64,000 nt of DNA from Oscillospiraceae bacterium (GCA_009777235.1 WRMH01000011.1:2171-66170), one strand, 5' to 3'. Shown: positions 1 to 9,745, counted from the first letter of the stretch. Numbers and translations: made by a program. Notes: generated by a model not told the origin, from the sequence alone.

Positions 1-208
1 CGTCAAAACGCAGGCTGATTTTTCCCCGTTCGTTTAGACATTCGGCGAGAGCCTGAGCCGGGGCGAGCTTATACGTATACACTCCAACGCCCGATTTATA
101 GTGGTTTGGCGCATCGCCGATAAGCCAGTCATGCGGCAGATTAACGCTTTGGGACTCTCCTCCGTCGAGAGAAAAGCCCCATCCTTTGTTCAGCAGTTCT
201 TTTGTCAT
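1..208 (-). CDS. glycoside hydrolase family 2-like protein, N-terminal fragment running off the window
   Basis: Minus-strand ATG at 208 reads MTKELLNKGWGFSLDGGESQSVNLPHDWLIGDAPNHYKSGVGVYTYKL. The W-x-F ... V-x-LPHDW pattern is typical of the N-terminal sugar-binding domain of GH2 enzymes. Only 69 codons are visible. Confidence 0.4.
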   Translation of the reverse strand, partial: MTKELLNKGWGFSLDGGESQSVNLPHDWLIGDAPNHYKSGVGVYTYKLAPAQALAECLNERGKISLRFD

Positions 209-390
209 GTCTTCCCCTTTCTCTCAAACCCTACGCAAGGTGAACCTGATGATTTTAAGACAGTCACGCATGGCAGCTCGACAGACTTAAATCCAAAGAG
301 TTTGCAACCTCTCGGATGAGTCGGATTCCAGGTAACAACAAAATGAATGCAGTTATAGCAGTTGATTTTTTCGTTTTCCTGATTATCCAT
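205..390 (-). CDS. small Cys-containing hypothetical protein (61 aa)
   Basis: Internal ATG at 390, just after the rubrerythrin stop, gives MDNQENEKINCYNCIHFVVTWNPTHPRGCKLFGFKSVELPCVTVLKSSGSPCVGFERKGKT. Its TGA overlaps the ATG of the next gene (ATGA). No clear SD. It resembles small CxxC proteins I recall from Firmicutes. Confidence 0.35.
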   Translation of the reverse strand: MDNQENEKINCYNCIHFVVTWNPTHPRGCKLFGFKSVELPCVTVLKSSGSPCVGFERKGKT

Positions 391-397
391 TTTATGC

Positions 398-943
398 TTA
401 ATAGTTTTCCGCCTTGATTTGGAAGTAGGCTTTCGGGTGGAAGCATACGGGACAAACATTCGGAGCTTCTTTGCCCACTATGGTCTTGCCGCAGTTTGAG
501 CACTGCCACTTTGTATCCTCATCTCGCGCAAAAACCTTGCCGTCTTTGATGTTTGACAGCAACGTCCTGTACCGCTCCTCGTGTTCCTTCTCGATGCTCG
601 CGACCATCTCAAACTGCGCGGCGATTTTGTCAAATCCCTCTTCGCGCGCGGTTTTCGCAAAATCCGCATACATACATGTCCACTCTTCGTGTTCTCCGTC
701 CGCCGCGGCCTCAAGGTTTGTCAGTGTACCGGGTATTTCCCCCCCGCACAGATACTTAAACCACAGCTTTGCGTGCTCTTTCTCGTTTTCGGCGGTTTCC
801 TCAAAGATATTCGCCACTTGAACATAGCCTTCTTTACGCGCCTTTGAAGCAAAATAAGTGTATTTGTTTCTGGCCTGTGATTCTCCCGCAAATGCCGTCG
901 CGAGATTTTCCTCTGTTTTTGAACCTTTTAAATTGATTGACAT
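398..943 (-). CDS. rbr: rubrerythrin
   Basis: 181 aa. N-terminal ferritin-like four-helix part with repeated E..EH motifs (ENEKEH, EKEHEE). C-terminal rubredoxin-type CSNCG...CPVC. Confidence 0.9.
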   Translation of the reverse strand: MSINLKGSKTEENLATAFAGESQARNKYTYFASKARKEGYVQVANIFEETAENEKEHAKLWFKYLCGGEIPGTLTNLEAAADGEHEEWTCMYADFAKTAREEGFDKIAAQFEMVASIEKEHEERYRTLLSNIKDGKVFARDEDTKWQCSNCGKTIVGKEAPNVCPVCFHPKAYFQIKAENY

Positions 944-982
944 TGTGTTGTTCTCCTTTCAAATTATGTGTGAATAATACTT

Positions 983-2209
983 CTATACTACAATCTTCTT
1001 TAGCTTTGCAAAGCGCGGCAGGCCGTTATTTAACTTGCGGCTGTTCTCGCCCGAAATAAGCGGCAGGGCGTAATCTATAAACTCCTGCGTGACATTATTG
1101 CCGTGCGCGTTGATCCATTCTCGCGGAATCTTTTTTTCTGTGTTGGCACAGATGGACAGCGGCTGATATGTGATGCCGCAATGGTATTTGCCGTTTTTTT
1201 CCTCTCGCGTAAACGCGACCATTTTTCCCGTGCCCCCGTTTACGGCATATTCTACCGCCGATTTTCCCGCGAGGTATGCCTCGTCAATGTCTGTTTGCGA
1301 CGCTATATGCGCGGCGCAGCGTTGAAGCAGGCTAAGTTCGATGCCGCGTACCTTTACGCCCAATTTCTTCCCCACGATACCGGCAAGAGTCACCGCCGTA
1401 CCTCCGAGCTGCGCGTGGCCGAACCCGTCCGTCGCGGACACTTTTGCGTGTGATACGAATGTGCCGTCCGCATATTGGGCTCCTTCGGAAATTGCGACAA
1501 GGCATTTTTCTTTTTCTTTGTATACCGCTTCGACTTCGCTTAAAAACTTATCTAAATCAAACGGCAGCTCCGGTAAATATATGAGATCGGGCGCCGCATC
1601 CGACAGGGCGGCAAGGCTTGACGCCGCCGTGAGCCAACCCGCGTTGCGCCCCATTATTTCAACAATCGTGACAGTTCCTACGTCATATACATAAGCGTCC
1701 TTTTGCACCTCGGCAACAGATGTCGCAATGTATTTTGCCGCGCTGCCAAACCCCGGACAATGATCCGTGCCGTACAGGTCGTTGTCAATCGTTTTCGGCA
1801 CGCCCATAACACGGCACTGGTAGCCGACTGTCTCTAAATAGTCGCTGACTTTGGAGCAAGTGTCCATAGAATCGTTGCCGCCGTTATAAAAAAAGTATCG
1901 TATATCGTGTTTTGCTAAAACCTCGTAAATGCGTTTTAAGTCGTCCTCGTTTTTTATCTTATATCTGCACGATCCCAGCGCCGACGACGGCGTGTTCAGC
2001 AAAAGCCTTAGCTCTTCGTCGTCCTCCCGGCTCATATCGTACAAGGTTTCATTCAAAACTCCCATAATACCGTGCGCCATGCCATAAACATTTGTGATTT
2101 CAGGCGCGTCAAGCGCGGCGCGTATGACGCCGTAAGCGCTGGCATTTATAACAGACGTCGGGCCGCCTGACTGGCCGAATATTGCGGCGCCGATAAGTTT
2201 TTCCGCCAT
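983..2209 (-). CDS. 6-phosphofructokinase, long form, probably PPi-dependent type
   Basis: Start chosen at MAEKLIGAAIFGQSGGPTSVINA (GGAGG SD upstream). PFK motifs GGNDSMDT, PKTIDNDL, MGR. GGND instead of GGDG suggests PPi dependence, which is inference. Confidence 0.85.
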   Translation of the reverse strand: MAEKLIGAAIFGQSGGPTSVINASAYGVIRAALDAPEITNVYGMAHGIMGVLNETLYDMSREDDEELRLLLNTPSSALGSCRYKIKNEDDLKRIYEVLAKHDIRYFFYNGGNDSMDTCSKVSDYLETVGYQCRVMGVPKTIDNDLYGTDHCPGFGSAAKYIATSVAEVQKDAYVYDVGTVTIVEIMGRNAGWLTAASSLAALSDAAPDLIYLPELPFDLDKFLSEVEAVYKEKEKCLVAISEGAQYADGTFVSHAKVSATDGFGHAQLGGTAVTLAGIVGKKLGVKVRGIELSLLQRCAAHIASQTDIDEAYLAGKSAVEYAVNGGTGKMVAFTREEKNGKYHCGITYQPLSICANTEKKIPREWINAHGNNVTQEFIDYALPLISGENSRKLNNGLPRFAKLKKIVV

Positions 2210-2404
2210 TTGATAACCTCCGTTTTTCGTTTTCGCGTTTTTGCAGTATGTTTTTGCGAATGTATCCGCGTGAGAAAAAGAATACCACAAGCACAAGCCA
2301 AATGCAACAATTTGATAGAGTAATATTGTTGTTAATTTTGGATAATATGTGATATAATGATTTTATCATCTTTTCGCCAAATTTTTATTGTGGAGGATTA
2401 TTCA

Positions 2405-3340
2405 ATGCCATTAGTCACATCAAAGGAAATGTTTAAAAGAGCATATGAGGGCGGGTATGCAATCGGCGCGTTTAATGTCAACAACCTTGAAATCATCCAA
2501 GGTATTACGGAAGCTGCCTGTGAATTAAAAGCACCGCTGATTTTGCAAGTATCGGCGGGAGCAAGGAAGTACGCCAAGCACATATATCTTATGAAGCTCA
2601 TTGAAGCGGCTGAGATAGACACGGGTTTGCCGATTTGCGTCCATCTTGACCACGGCGACGATTTTGAAATCTGCAAATCATGTATAGATGGCGGCTTCAC
2701 GTCCGTCATGATTGACGGCTCAAAACACTCGTTTGAGGATAACATCAAGCTGACATCAGAGGTTGTAAAATACGCCCATGATAAAGGCGTTACCGTAGAG
2801 GGAGAACTCGGCAAGCTCGCCGGAATCGAAGACGACGTCAATGTTTCCGATGAGGACGCCGCCTTTACGCGCCCGGAGGAGGTCGAAGAGTTTGTATCAC
2901 GCACCGGAGTTGATTCGCTCGCTATAGCCATCGGCACAAGCCACGGCGCGTATAAATTCAAACCCGGCCAAAAACCTAAGCTGCGCTTTGACATACTCGA
3001 CGAAATCTCAAAGAGATTGCCAAACTTCCCGATAGTGCTGCATGGGGCGTCGTCGGTCGTGCCGGAATATGTGAAGATAATCAACGAAAACGGCGGCGAT
3101 ATGCCCGATGCCATCGGCATCCCCGAAGAAATGCTGCGTCAGGCGGCAGCCTCGTCGGTATGCAAAATAAACATTGATTCCGACCTGCGTCTGGGCATGA
3201 CAGCCGGAATCCGCGAGCATTTTGTAAAGCATCCGGATCATTTTGACCCGCGCCAATACCTCAGCCCCGGACGCGCCAACATCAAAGCTCTTGTGGCCCA
3301 CAAAATTACAAAGGTGCTTGGCTGCGACGGCAAAGCTTAG
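2405..3340 (+). CDS. fba: class II fructose-1,6-bisphosphate aldolase
   Basis: MPLVTSKEMFKRAYEGGYAIGAFNVNN, LDHG, GTSHGAYKF, HGASS. GGAGG SD 8 nt upstream. Extended -10 TGATATAAT at 2350-2358. Confidence 0.9.
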   Translation: MPLVTSKEMFKRAYEGGYAIGAFNVNNLEIIQGITEAACELKAPLILQVSAGARKYAKHIYLMKLIEAAEIDTGLPICVHLDHGDDFEICKSCIDGGFTSVMIDGSKHSFEDNIKLTSEVVKYAHDKGVTVEGELGKLAGIEDDVNVSDEDAAFTRPEEVEEFVSRTGVDSLAIAIGTSHGAYKFKPGQKPKLRFDILDEISKRLPNFPIVLHGASSVVPEYVKIINENGGDMPDAIGIPEEMLRQAAASSVCKINIDSDLRLGMTAGIREHFVKHPDHFDPRQYLSPGRANIKALVAHKITKVLGCDGKA

Positions 3341-3374
3341 AGAGTGGCGGCTTGGCGGGCTATAAACCTATCAA

Positions 3375-3581
3375 GCCGCGATGGTGCGGACATCAACTAA
3401 TGATACAATAAACCCCCTTGTTTGTCATGCCGTGAACCCGACAGCGCAGTTTAATTTTCAAAAACACCCCTTGCTATTATCATGGTAACGCGCTACAATT
3501 AAACCGCGAAGGCGTGGTTATGGCATGAAACACTATGAGCGGCTGCTTAAAATGGGCTGTTTCACTTGGGAAGAACTGTGC
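3375..3581 (+). repeat. copy A of a ~207-bp imperfect direct repeat (promoter plus first ~19 codons of the AbiEi-like gene)
   Basis: Aligns by eye with 7635-7842: AGCCGCGA...CAACTAATGATACAAT.AACCCCCTT...GCCGTGAACCCGACAG.GCAGTTTA.TTTTCAAAAACA.CCCTTGCTATTATCA.G.TAACG.GCTA.AATTAAACCG...ATGAAACACTATG.GCGGCT.CTTAAAATGGGCTGTTTCACTTGGGAAGAACTGTGC. Confidence 0.85.
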
Positions 3582-3599
3582 TGTGCTAAGTATCTCTGA
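3525..3599 (+). pseudogene. 24-codon stub of an AbiEi-like gene (paralog of 7786..8556)
   Basis: MKHYERLLKMGCFTWEELCCAKYL-stop. The first 19 residues match MKHYARLLKMGCFTWEELC of the full gene except for one substitution. Similarity ends at 3581. Confidence 0.7.
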
Positions 3600-3608
3600 C
3601 ACCGTCAT

Positions 3609-4583
3609 TCAATTATAATCTTCTGCCAAAATCTTATAGCTGCCGCCGAGGTCAGCGAATCTTCCATCTATGATGAAATCTGGTGAAAACTCAACCTTGC
3701 TTACCGTGTATTCGCCACCTATTAAATCGTAATCAAATTTTAGAATCCCATCTGTTAACAAATGCGCCGAAACAAATTCCAATTGTGCTATATTATCGCC
3801 CATAGGTAACAATGGTAAGCTTTTCTCGTAATCGCATGTTGAGTTAAACTGTCTTATATAATCTTGCATAACAGGGTCAATTGATAGTATTTCCGAAGCA
3901 GTTGACCCAATTCCTATAGTAGAGAAATCAGCATATGTCAAAGCTTTACGCATAAGGATCGGGTATCCGCCATATTGCAATGGCATCATATCAGAAGCTT
4001 GTTTTGTCAGCAAAAAGATAAACAATCTTGCACCTTCGGTGGTCTGATACATAAGATAGCCGCAACCTGTATCATCTTGCAGGTCGCGCGCCGCCGTTGT
4101 TGGGGCAAGTGCCAACAGTCTTCCCGCCAAGCTATCGCCCATACTAATAAAAGGAGAAACATAGCCGTCGCGCCCAAGCACCAAACGAGCTTGCAAGTGA
4201 TGATAACTCAGCTCTGTAACGAACTCGCCGTTTGTGGTGTGTCTGCGTTCAAAAAGCAAGTCAAAATGATCATATCGCGGAATACGTATATGGCATCCCT
4301 CGTTGGTAAAGCTGAGTTGACCCGCCAAGTCAACTTCGTGACCTTCCGGCAATCCTTCAATCAAAAAAGGCAGCGTTCCGCCGTCATAGTATTCTACATT
4401 TGTGCTATCCATTTTTAATTCCTCCGTTGGAGTTGAATCTTCACTCATATTTCCGGGTAGGTGCAGTGCATTCATGTCATCATTATCTGATGACGTATTG
4501 TTTGCTGCAATAATAATTAAGCTAACAACTAATATAATCACGCATAAAGCAAATATGCAAAAAAACAATGGTCTCTTCTTCAC
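3609..4583 (-). CDS. hypothetical membrane-anchored or secreted protein
   Basis: 324 aa. N-terminal KKRPLFFCIFALCVIILVVSLIIIAA anchor. No recognisable domain. Confidence 0.6.
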   Translation of the reverse strand: MKKRPLFFCIFALCVIILVVSLIIIAANNTSSDNDDMNALHLPGNMSEDSTPTEELKMDSTNVEYYDGGTLPFLIEGLPEGHEVDLAGQLSFTNEGCHIRIPRYDHFDLLFERRHTTNGEFVTELSYHHLQARLVLGRDGYVSPFISMGDSLAGRLLALAPTTAARDLQDDTGCGYLMYQTTEGARLFIFLLTKQASDMMPLQYGGYPILMRKALTYADFSTIGIGSTASEILSIDPVMQDYIRQFNSTCDYEKSLPLLPMGDNIAQLEFVSAHLLTDGILKFDYDLIGGEYTVSKVEFSPDFIIDGRFADLGGSYKILAEDYN

Positions 4584-4725
4584 ATCAAGCTTTCCTCCTA
4601 GAAAATATTGGCGGTGCTAAAAAAATGATGACATTTGTCTATTAATGTGCGGCAATCGTATAACCCTCCTTAGCCTTTTGTATCTCATGATTTTCGTAAT
4701 ACTTCAATTTCAATCCCGGGTGATT

Positions 4726-5994
4726 TTAATTTTTTAGACAACCCAGCGGAACCACCCACACCCCGTTTTTCATTTGGAATGCATACTCAGTGCCTGTTAG
4801 TACCATAAGAAAAGATGGTTCGTTCATTTTTTCCGTGTCGACGATTTTATGGAGCTTCAATAAGTTTTCTGCTGCTTCTTCAATCTCTGAAGCACCCATT
4901 TTTATTTCAGCAGCACCCCATCTACCATCGGCAAGTTGAATGATAGAGTCAACCTCAAAGCCACTCTTGTCACGGTAATGAAACACACTGCCGTCAATGC
5001 TCTCCGCATAAACTCTTAAATCCCTTATACAGAGAGATTCAAATAATAAACCGAAAGTGTTAAAATCGGAAAGTAATCTTTTCGGAGCTGCGCGAAGGGA
5101 AGCTGTTGCAATAGAGGGGTCAGTAAAATGTCTTTTTGCGGTAGTCCTGATCGCTGTTTTTGAACGGAGCTTTGCACTCCATGCAGGTAAATCCTCAATG
5201 ACAAATATTTTCTTTAATGCGTTTATATATTGGTGAACCGTTGCTTGCGACAAGGCTTCATCGTTTGCGAGCAAATCATTTAATATAGTAGTGGCTTTTG
5301 CCTCACCTGAAACATTCCGGGATAATGAGCGCATAAGCGCTTTTACCCGTTCTGGATTCTTTTCAATACCATCCGCTTTAGATATATCTTCATTGGCTAC
5401 GGCTTCAACATAGTCTGCAGCGACAGTCAATGCGATTTTTTCATCAGTTTCTTTTGCCACGGCTGGCCAACCACCTCGATTAATGACAAATGCTAATTTT
5501 TCAATTGTAAGGGGGGATTTCCCTTCAATATCAGTATTTCCGTCAAAAAGGGATTTCAAGGAAACCTCGCCGGTGGAATCCCCGGTTTCATATAATGACA
5601 TCGTCCGCATTTTCATCCTGGCAATACGACCGGTTCCCGTATGCATATCATCTGTTCTTGTCGGGATAACAGAGCCAGTTAATATGAACTGTCCTTTTTT
5701 GCGGCGTTTGTCAACAGCAAACCTTACGGCGTTCCACAGTTCGGAAGCAACCTGCCACTCATCAAGCAAACGTGGCGTTTCACCCTCCAAGAGCAGTGAC
5801 GGTTTTGCTTGTGCAGTTAAAATGTTCATTTTTGAATTGTCGGCGTCCTGCATATACAATACGCTGCCCGCAACTTCTTCAGCAGAACTTGTTTTGCCGC
5901 ACCACTTCGGACCTTCTATCAATACCGCGCCTTTGGCGCGAAGAAGAAGATTTAATTTTTCATCTGAAAGTCTCTTTAAATAATCAGGATTCAT
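4726..5994 (-). CDS. AAA-type ATP-binding protein (AAA_14 / DUF4143-like)
   Basis: Start at MNPDYLKRL (AAGGGTG SD). Walker A GPKWCGKT. The ~420-aa length and C-terminal pattern resemble the COG1373 family. Confidence 0.75.
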   Translation of the reverse strand: MNPDYLKRLSDEKLNLLLRAKGAVLIEGPKWCGKTSSAEEVAGSVLYMQDADNSKMNILTAQAKPSLLLEGETPRLLDEWQVASELWNAVRFAVDKRRKKGQFILTGSVIPTRTDDMHTGTGRIARMKMRTMSLYETGDSTGEVSLKSLFDGNTDIEGKSPLTIEKLAFVINRGGWPAVAKETDEKIALTVAADYVEAVANEDISKADGIEKNPERVKALMRSLSRNVSGEAKATTILNDLLANDEALSQATVHQYINALKKIFVIEDLPAWSAKLRSKTAIRTTAKRHFTDPSIATASLRAAPKRLLSDFNTFGLLFESLCIRDLRVYAESIDGSVFHYRDKSGFEVDSIIQLADGRWGAAEIKMGASEIEEAAENLLKLHKIVDTEKMNEPSFLMVLTGTEYAFQMKNGVWVVPLGCLKN

Positions 5995-6387
5995 TTCATC
6001 ACCCTTTATTAGGGTAACCCGAACTATCAACTTTGTCAATAGCTTACTATCATTATTGGCGATTATTTGCTATCGTGTTTGGCGACTGCGTATTTACACC
6101 TTGTACTTGCCGAGATATTCCACGATTTCTTGACGAGTATCAAGTTTTAGGTGCTTGCCCCCATTAAGTCTTAAGCCCGGCATTGTATTCTTCCTTTCAA
6201 CAGAAAATTTCCCGGACTTAATGCTCCATATTTTATTTCCCAAACTAAATGCCACTCGCGCCGCCACTGTTCCACTTACTTTGGGAATTTACTCAAGAAG
6301 TTTTCTTGCTCGGCGGTTCATTTTTTACCTGAAAACATTCTAATTTTAGTATATAATGATAATATGATGTTTTCGGGGGCATGTTGC

Positions 6388-7425
6388 ATGAAATATTTAA
6401 ATGTAGAAGCGGACTTTGCAAAAAAACAAAACGAAGAAGTTCTGCGTTGGTATGACAATATGCAAAAAACCATCCCGACATGGTATCTCAAAGATTATTT
6501 GATTCAAAAAACCTTTGAGGAACAAGTAGGAAGCAAGATAAGAGCCATTCATCAATTCGAGAATGTTCAGAATAACAGCGTCTATAAAATAGAAACAGAT
6601 ACAAAGCCGTACATATTCAAGGTCTACACCAAAAGGGACTGGCCGGAGGACGGCAAGTTGCCGTTTATCAATCAAAAGCTAAACGATTATAAAATTCCCC
6701 ATGCCAAAATGCTCATTTTCAACCGAGATGACAACAGTTTTTCCAACGGTTTTCTAATCGAAGAATGCTTGCCGGGAACAACAGCGGACAGCCTTTGCCT
6801 GTCGAAGCATGAAACCATGAGTTTGTTTGAAAAACTTGGGAATCTGATTTCAAAAATACATGGAATTGAATTGTCCGGTTATGGATATATAGGAAATGGC
6901 AATCCCGCGATATGGAATACGTTTTCAGAGTTTATGTACGATGTTTTTAACGACAACAGCCCGGTTATAATTGAAAATGGTTTTGCAAATGAATCGGAGT
7001 TAAGAAAAATAAATAAAACGATTTGTAACAAAATAAAGTGTTGTGACATATTCCCGCCTACCTTGTGTCACGGCGACCTTTCCTTGAAAAACGTGATTGT
7101 TCATTCAGATAAAATAACGCTGATTGATTGGGACGATGCTCAATCATTGTGTTGGGTAGCTGATATAGCCCGGCTTACTTTTTGGATGAGGTTGGAGTAC
7201 GGAGAGGAAACCGCCGCTTTATACAAAACGGCATTTCTTACCCAATATGAAACTATGTATGATAGAAATATCTTTTATGAAGTCGAAGACATTCTTCACG
7301 TTTGGTACGGATTTGATTACCTGACGTTTTTCAACAAGGGCGAAAAATGCGAAAGGATAAAAGCTCTTTTACATGAATCTCTTGTAAAATGTGGGCTGGA
7401 AAATCTCAAGGAAAAACAGATTTAA
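6388..7425 (+). CDS. aminoglycoside/choline-kinase-type phosphotransferase family protein
   Basis: Kinase-fold catalytic loop LCHGDLSLKNVIV and metal-binding LIDWDDA. The start is ambiguous (6364/6367/6381/6388). Confidence 0.75.
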   Translation: MKYLNVEADFAKKQNEEVLRWYDNMQKTIPTWYLKDYLIQKTFEEQVGSKIRAIHQFENVQNNSVYKIETDTKPYIFKVYTKRDWPEDGKLPFINQKLNDYKIPHAKMLIFNRDDNSFSNGFLIEECLPGTTADSLCLSKHETMSLFEKLGNLISKIHGIELSGYGYIGNGNPAIWNTFSEFMYDVFNDNSPVIIENGFANESELRKINKTICNKIKCCDIFPPTLCHGDLSLKNVIVHSDKITLIDWDDAQSLCWVADIARLTFWMRLEYGEETAALYKTAFLTQYETMYDRNIFYEVEDILHVWYGFDYLTFFNKGEKCERIKALLHESLVKCGLENLKEKQI

Positions 7426-7586
7426 TATTTTGTATGGATACAAGTGTTACCGGAATATCGCGGTCGTGGCTTGGGTGCAAAATAGTATCTGAATTGGTGT
7501 CACGATTAAGGGATAAAGCACTGTTTGTCACGGTAAGCTGTGCATACCGATACAGGGTTTGCATATGTTCAGGTGTTTTACACTGA
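7426..7586 (+). pseudogene. GNAT acetyltransferase remnant (internal fragment, frameshifted)
   Basis: Directly after the APH stop: YFVWIQVLPEYRGRGLGAK-stop (GNAT motif A R-G-x-G-x-G). The reading continues in another frame as KIVSELVSRLRDKALFVTV. The N-terminal half is missing. Confidence 0.5.
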
Positions 7587-7634
7587 TGTCCAAACACTCA
7601 GTGAAATGCCCGACTTTGAAATGGCTGAAGTGCG

Positions 7635-7842
7635 AGCCGCGAAGGCAAATTCACCAACTAATGATACAATGAACCCCCTTATCTCTCACGCCGTGAACCC
7701 GACAGGGCAGTTTATTTTTCAAAAACATCCCTTGCTATTATCAGGATAACGTGCTATAATTAAACCGTTAAAGCGAGGTGAGGGCATGAAACACTATGCG
7801 CGGCTACTTAAAATGGGCTGTTTCACTTGGGAAGAACTGTGC
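7635..7842 (+). repeat. copy B of the ~207-bp direct repeat
   Basis: See copy A. The copies are spaced 4260 bp apart. Confidence 0.85.
7732..7760 (+). promoter_or_regulatory. sigma-70-like promoter of the AbiEi-like/YcaQ-like operon
   Basis: TTGCTA-17 nt-TATAAT, 25 nt upstream of the ATG at 7786. The same architecture (TTGCTA-17-TACAAT) is conserved in repeat copy A. Confidence 0.45.
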
Positions 7843-8556
7843 GCGGTGGTCGGGAACACAAAAACTGCTGAGTCACTTGCGAGCAGTTATGTAAAAAAAG
7901 GATATATCCAAAGCGTTAAGCGGGGTTTGTATGCGGCGGTTGATTTGGCTACAGGAGAAGCGGTCGTAAGCAAATTCCGCATAGCCGGTAAAATCACGCC
8001 GACATCCTATGTGTCCCATCACGCCGCTTTTGAATACTACGGTTGTGCCAATCAGGTGTCATATCAGGCCCAGGTGTCCTCCGATTCGGTGTTCGCTCCT
8101 TTTGAGTATGCGGGCATCACCTACGCTTATCTCGCTTCCCGTATCAGTGGCGGCATAATGACCCGCCCTGACGGTGTGCGAGTGACCAGCACGGAGCGTA
8201 CCGTTTTAGACGGCATACAGGACTTTGAGAAGATAATGGGGCTTGAGGAGCTGTTGCGCTGCCTTGAGCTGCTACCGACAGTCAAGGAAGAAAATCTACT
8301 TGCGCACCTCTCCGTATACGATAAGCAAGTTCTGTATCAAAAAACGGGATATATTTTGGAGCATTTCCGTGACACTTGGAATTTAAGCGATGACTTCTTT
8401 GCGGCTTGTGAATCCAAAATCGGAAAGAGTAAGCGGTACTTGTACAAACCTTCTGTGCATGAGAAAATGAAATACAACCGCCGATGGCGGCTTGTCGTGC
8501 CACATGATTTATTAAAAACATCAGACAAGGGGGTGAACGTCGATGCCGAAATATGA
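7786..8556 (+). CDS. AbiEi-like (COG5340-type) winged-helix antitoxin/regulator family protein
   Basis: 256 aa. N-terminal wHTH ending in KRGLYA. Central SYVSHHAAFEYYG and VTSTERTVLDGIQD blocks are as I recall for AbiEi family proteins. Confidence 0.6.
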   Translation: MKHYARLLKMGCFTWEELCAVVGNTKTAESLASSYVKKGYIQSVKRGLYAAVDLATGEAVVSKFRIAGKITPTSYVSHHAAFEYYGCANQVSYQAQVSSDSVFAPFEYAGITYAYLASRISGGIMTRPDGVRVTSTERTVLDGIQDFEKIMGLEELLRCLELLPTVKEENLLAHLSVYDKQVLYQKTGYILEHFRDTWNLSDDFFAACESKIGKSKRYLYKPSVHEKMKYNRRWRLVVPHDLLKTSDKGVNVDAEI

Positions 8557-9745
8557 TAAAACCGTATTAACCGAGCAAGCGCGGCGGTTTTTGCTTCTCA
8601 GACATGGACTTGCAGGCGAGCATAAATTCGTCGGCAAACAAGGGATTCTTGACTTTATAGAAATGGCGGGCTGTATTCAATATGACCCCATTGACGTTTG
8701 CGGGAAAAACCCCGAATTGGTTCTGCAATCAAGGGTTAAAAACTTCACAAAGGATACGCTTTATTCGCTTTTATACGAAGAAAGAAAGCTGATAGACTAT
8801 TTTGACAAAAATCTTTCCATATATAAAGTTGACGATTGGACTTATTTCGGAAGAACAAGAGAATGGTATTCTGCGAACAGCAGAAGCCGTGATGAAGTGA
8901 ATAAGGTTCGGGAACAGATTAAGAAAATTATAAAAGAGAAAGGCGCGGTAAGGTCGCAAGACCTTGACGAACTTAGCGGAAAAGTGAGTTGGTATTGGGG
9001 CGACACGAAGCTCTCCCGCGTAGCTCTCGAAACCATGTATTTTACGGGTGAGCTTGTTGTACATCACAAAAAGGGAACTAATAAATACTATGATTCAGCC
9101 GAAAATCTTATCTCTCAAAAATTCTTAAATGCAGCGGAGCCGCTCCCCGACGCAATCGACCACTTGACTTGGCGAGTAAAGCGGCGCATAGGCGCAGTCG
9201 GGTTGCTTTGGAAAAAGCCGTCTGATGCGTGGCTTGGAATCGGAGAATTGAAAGCGGCTGAAAGAAACGCGGTCTTTGAACATCTCATAAAAAGCGGAGA
9301 GATAACGCCCGTCCGCGTTGACGGAATAAAAGATACGCTTTATTGCCTAACCTCAGAGATACCCTTGCTTGATGAAGCGGCGGAGTTATCTTCGATTGAA
9401 AAAAGATGTGAATTTATTGCCCCGCTTGATAACCTGATGTGGGACAGAAAAATAATCAAAGCCATATTTGACTTTGATTATAAGTGGGAGATATACACAC
9501 CGCAGAAACAGAGAAAATACGGCTACTACACCCTACCCGTGCTATACGGCGACAATTTTGTCGGACGTATGGAGGCTGTATGCGACAGAAAGAACAAGGC
9601 TTTGATGTTTAAGAATTTTTGGGCGGAGGATGGCGTTAAAATCGGGCTTGACAAGAGCGGGGCATTTAAGCGCGCCTTTGAAAAACGGCTGAAAGCATTT
9701 GCGGAATTTAACGACTGCGCAAGCGTAAAAGGGTACGTGAAATAA
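8543..9745 (+). CDS. YcaQ/AlkZ-family (DUF1006, HTH_42) winged-helix DNA glycosylase-like protein
   Basis: 400 aa. CIQYDPIDV (Q-phi-D type motif). C-terminal KYGYYTLPVLYGDNFVGRME. Overlaps the upstream gene by 14 nt, with an AAGGGGG SD. Confidence 0.75.
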   Translation: MPKYDKTVLTEQARRFLLLRHGLAGEHKFVGKQGILDFIEMAGCIQYDPIDVCGKNPELVLQSRVKNFTKDTLYSLLYEERKLIDYFDKNLSIYKVDDWTYFGRTREWYSANSRSRDEVNKVREQIKKIIKEKGAVRSQDLDELSGKVSWYWGDTKLSRVALETMYFTGELVVHHKKGTNKYYDSAENLISQKFLNAAEPLPDAIDHLTWRVKRRIGAVGLLWKKPSDAWLGIGELKAAERNAVFEHLIKSGEITPVRVDGIKDTLYCLTSEIPLLDEAAELSSIEKRCEFIAPLDNLMWDRKIIKAIFDFDYKWEIYTPQKQRKYGYYTLPVLYGDNFVGRMEAVCDRKNKALMFKNFWAEDGVKIGLDKSGAFKRAFEKRLKAFAEFNDCASVKGYVK

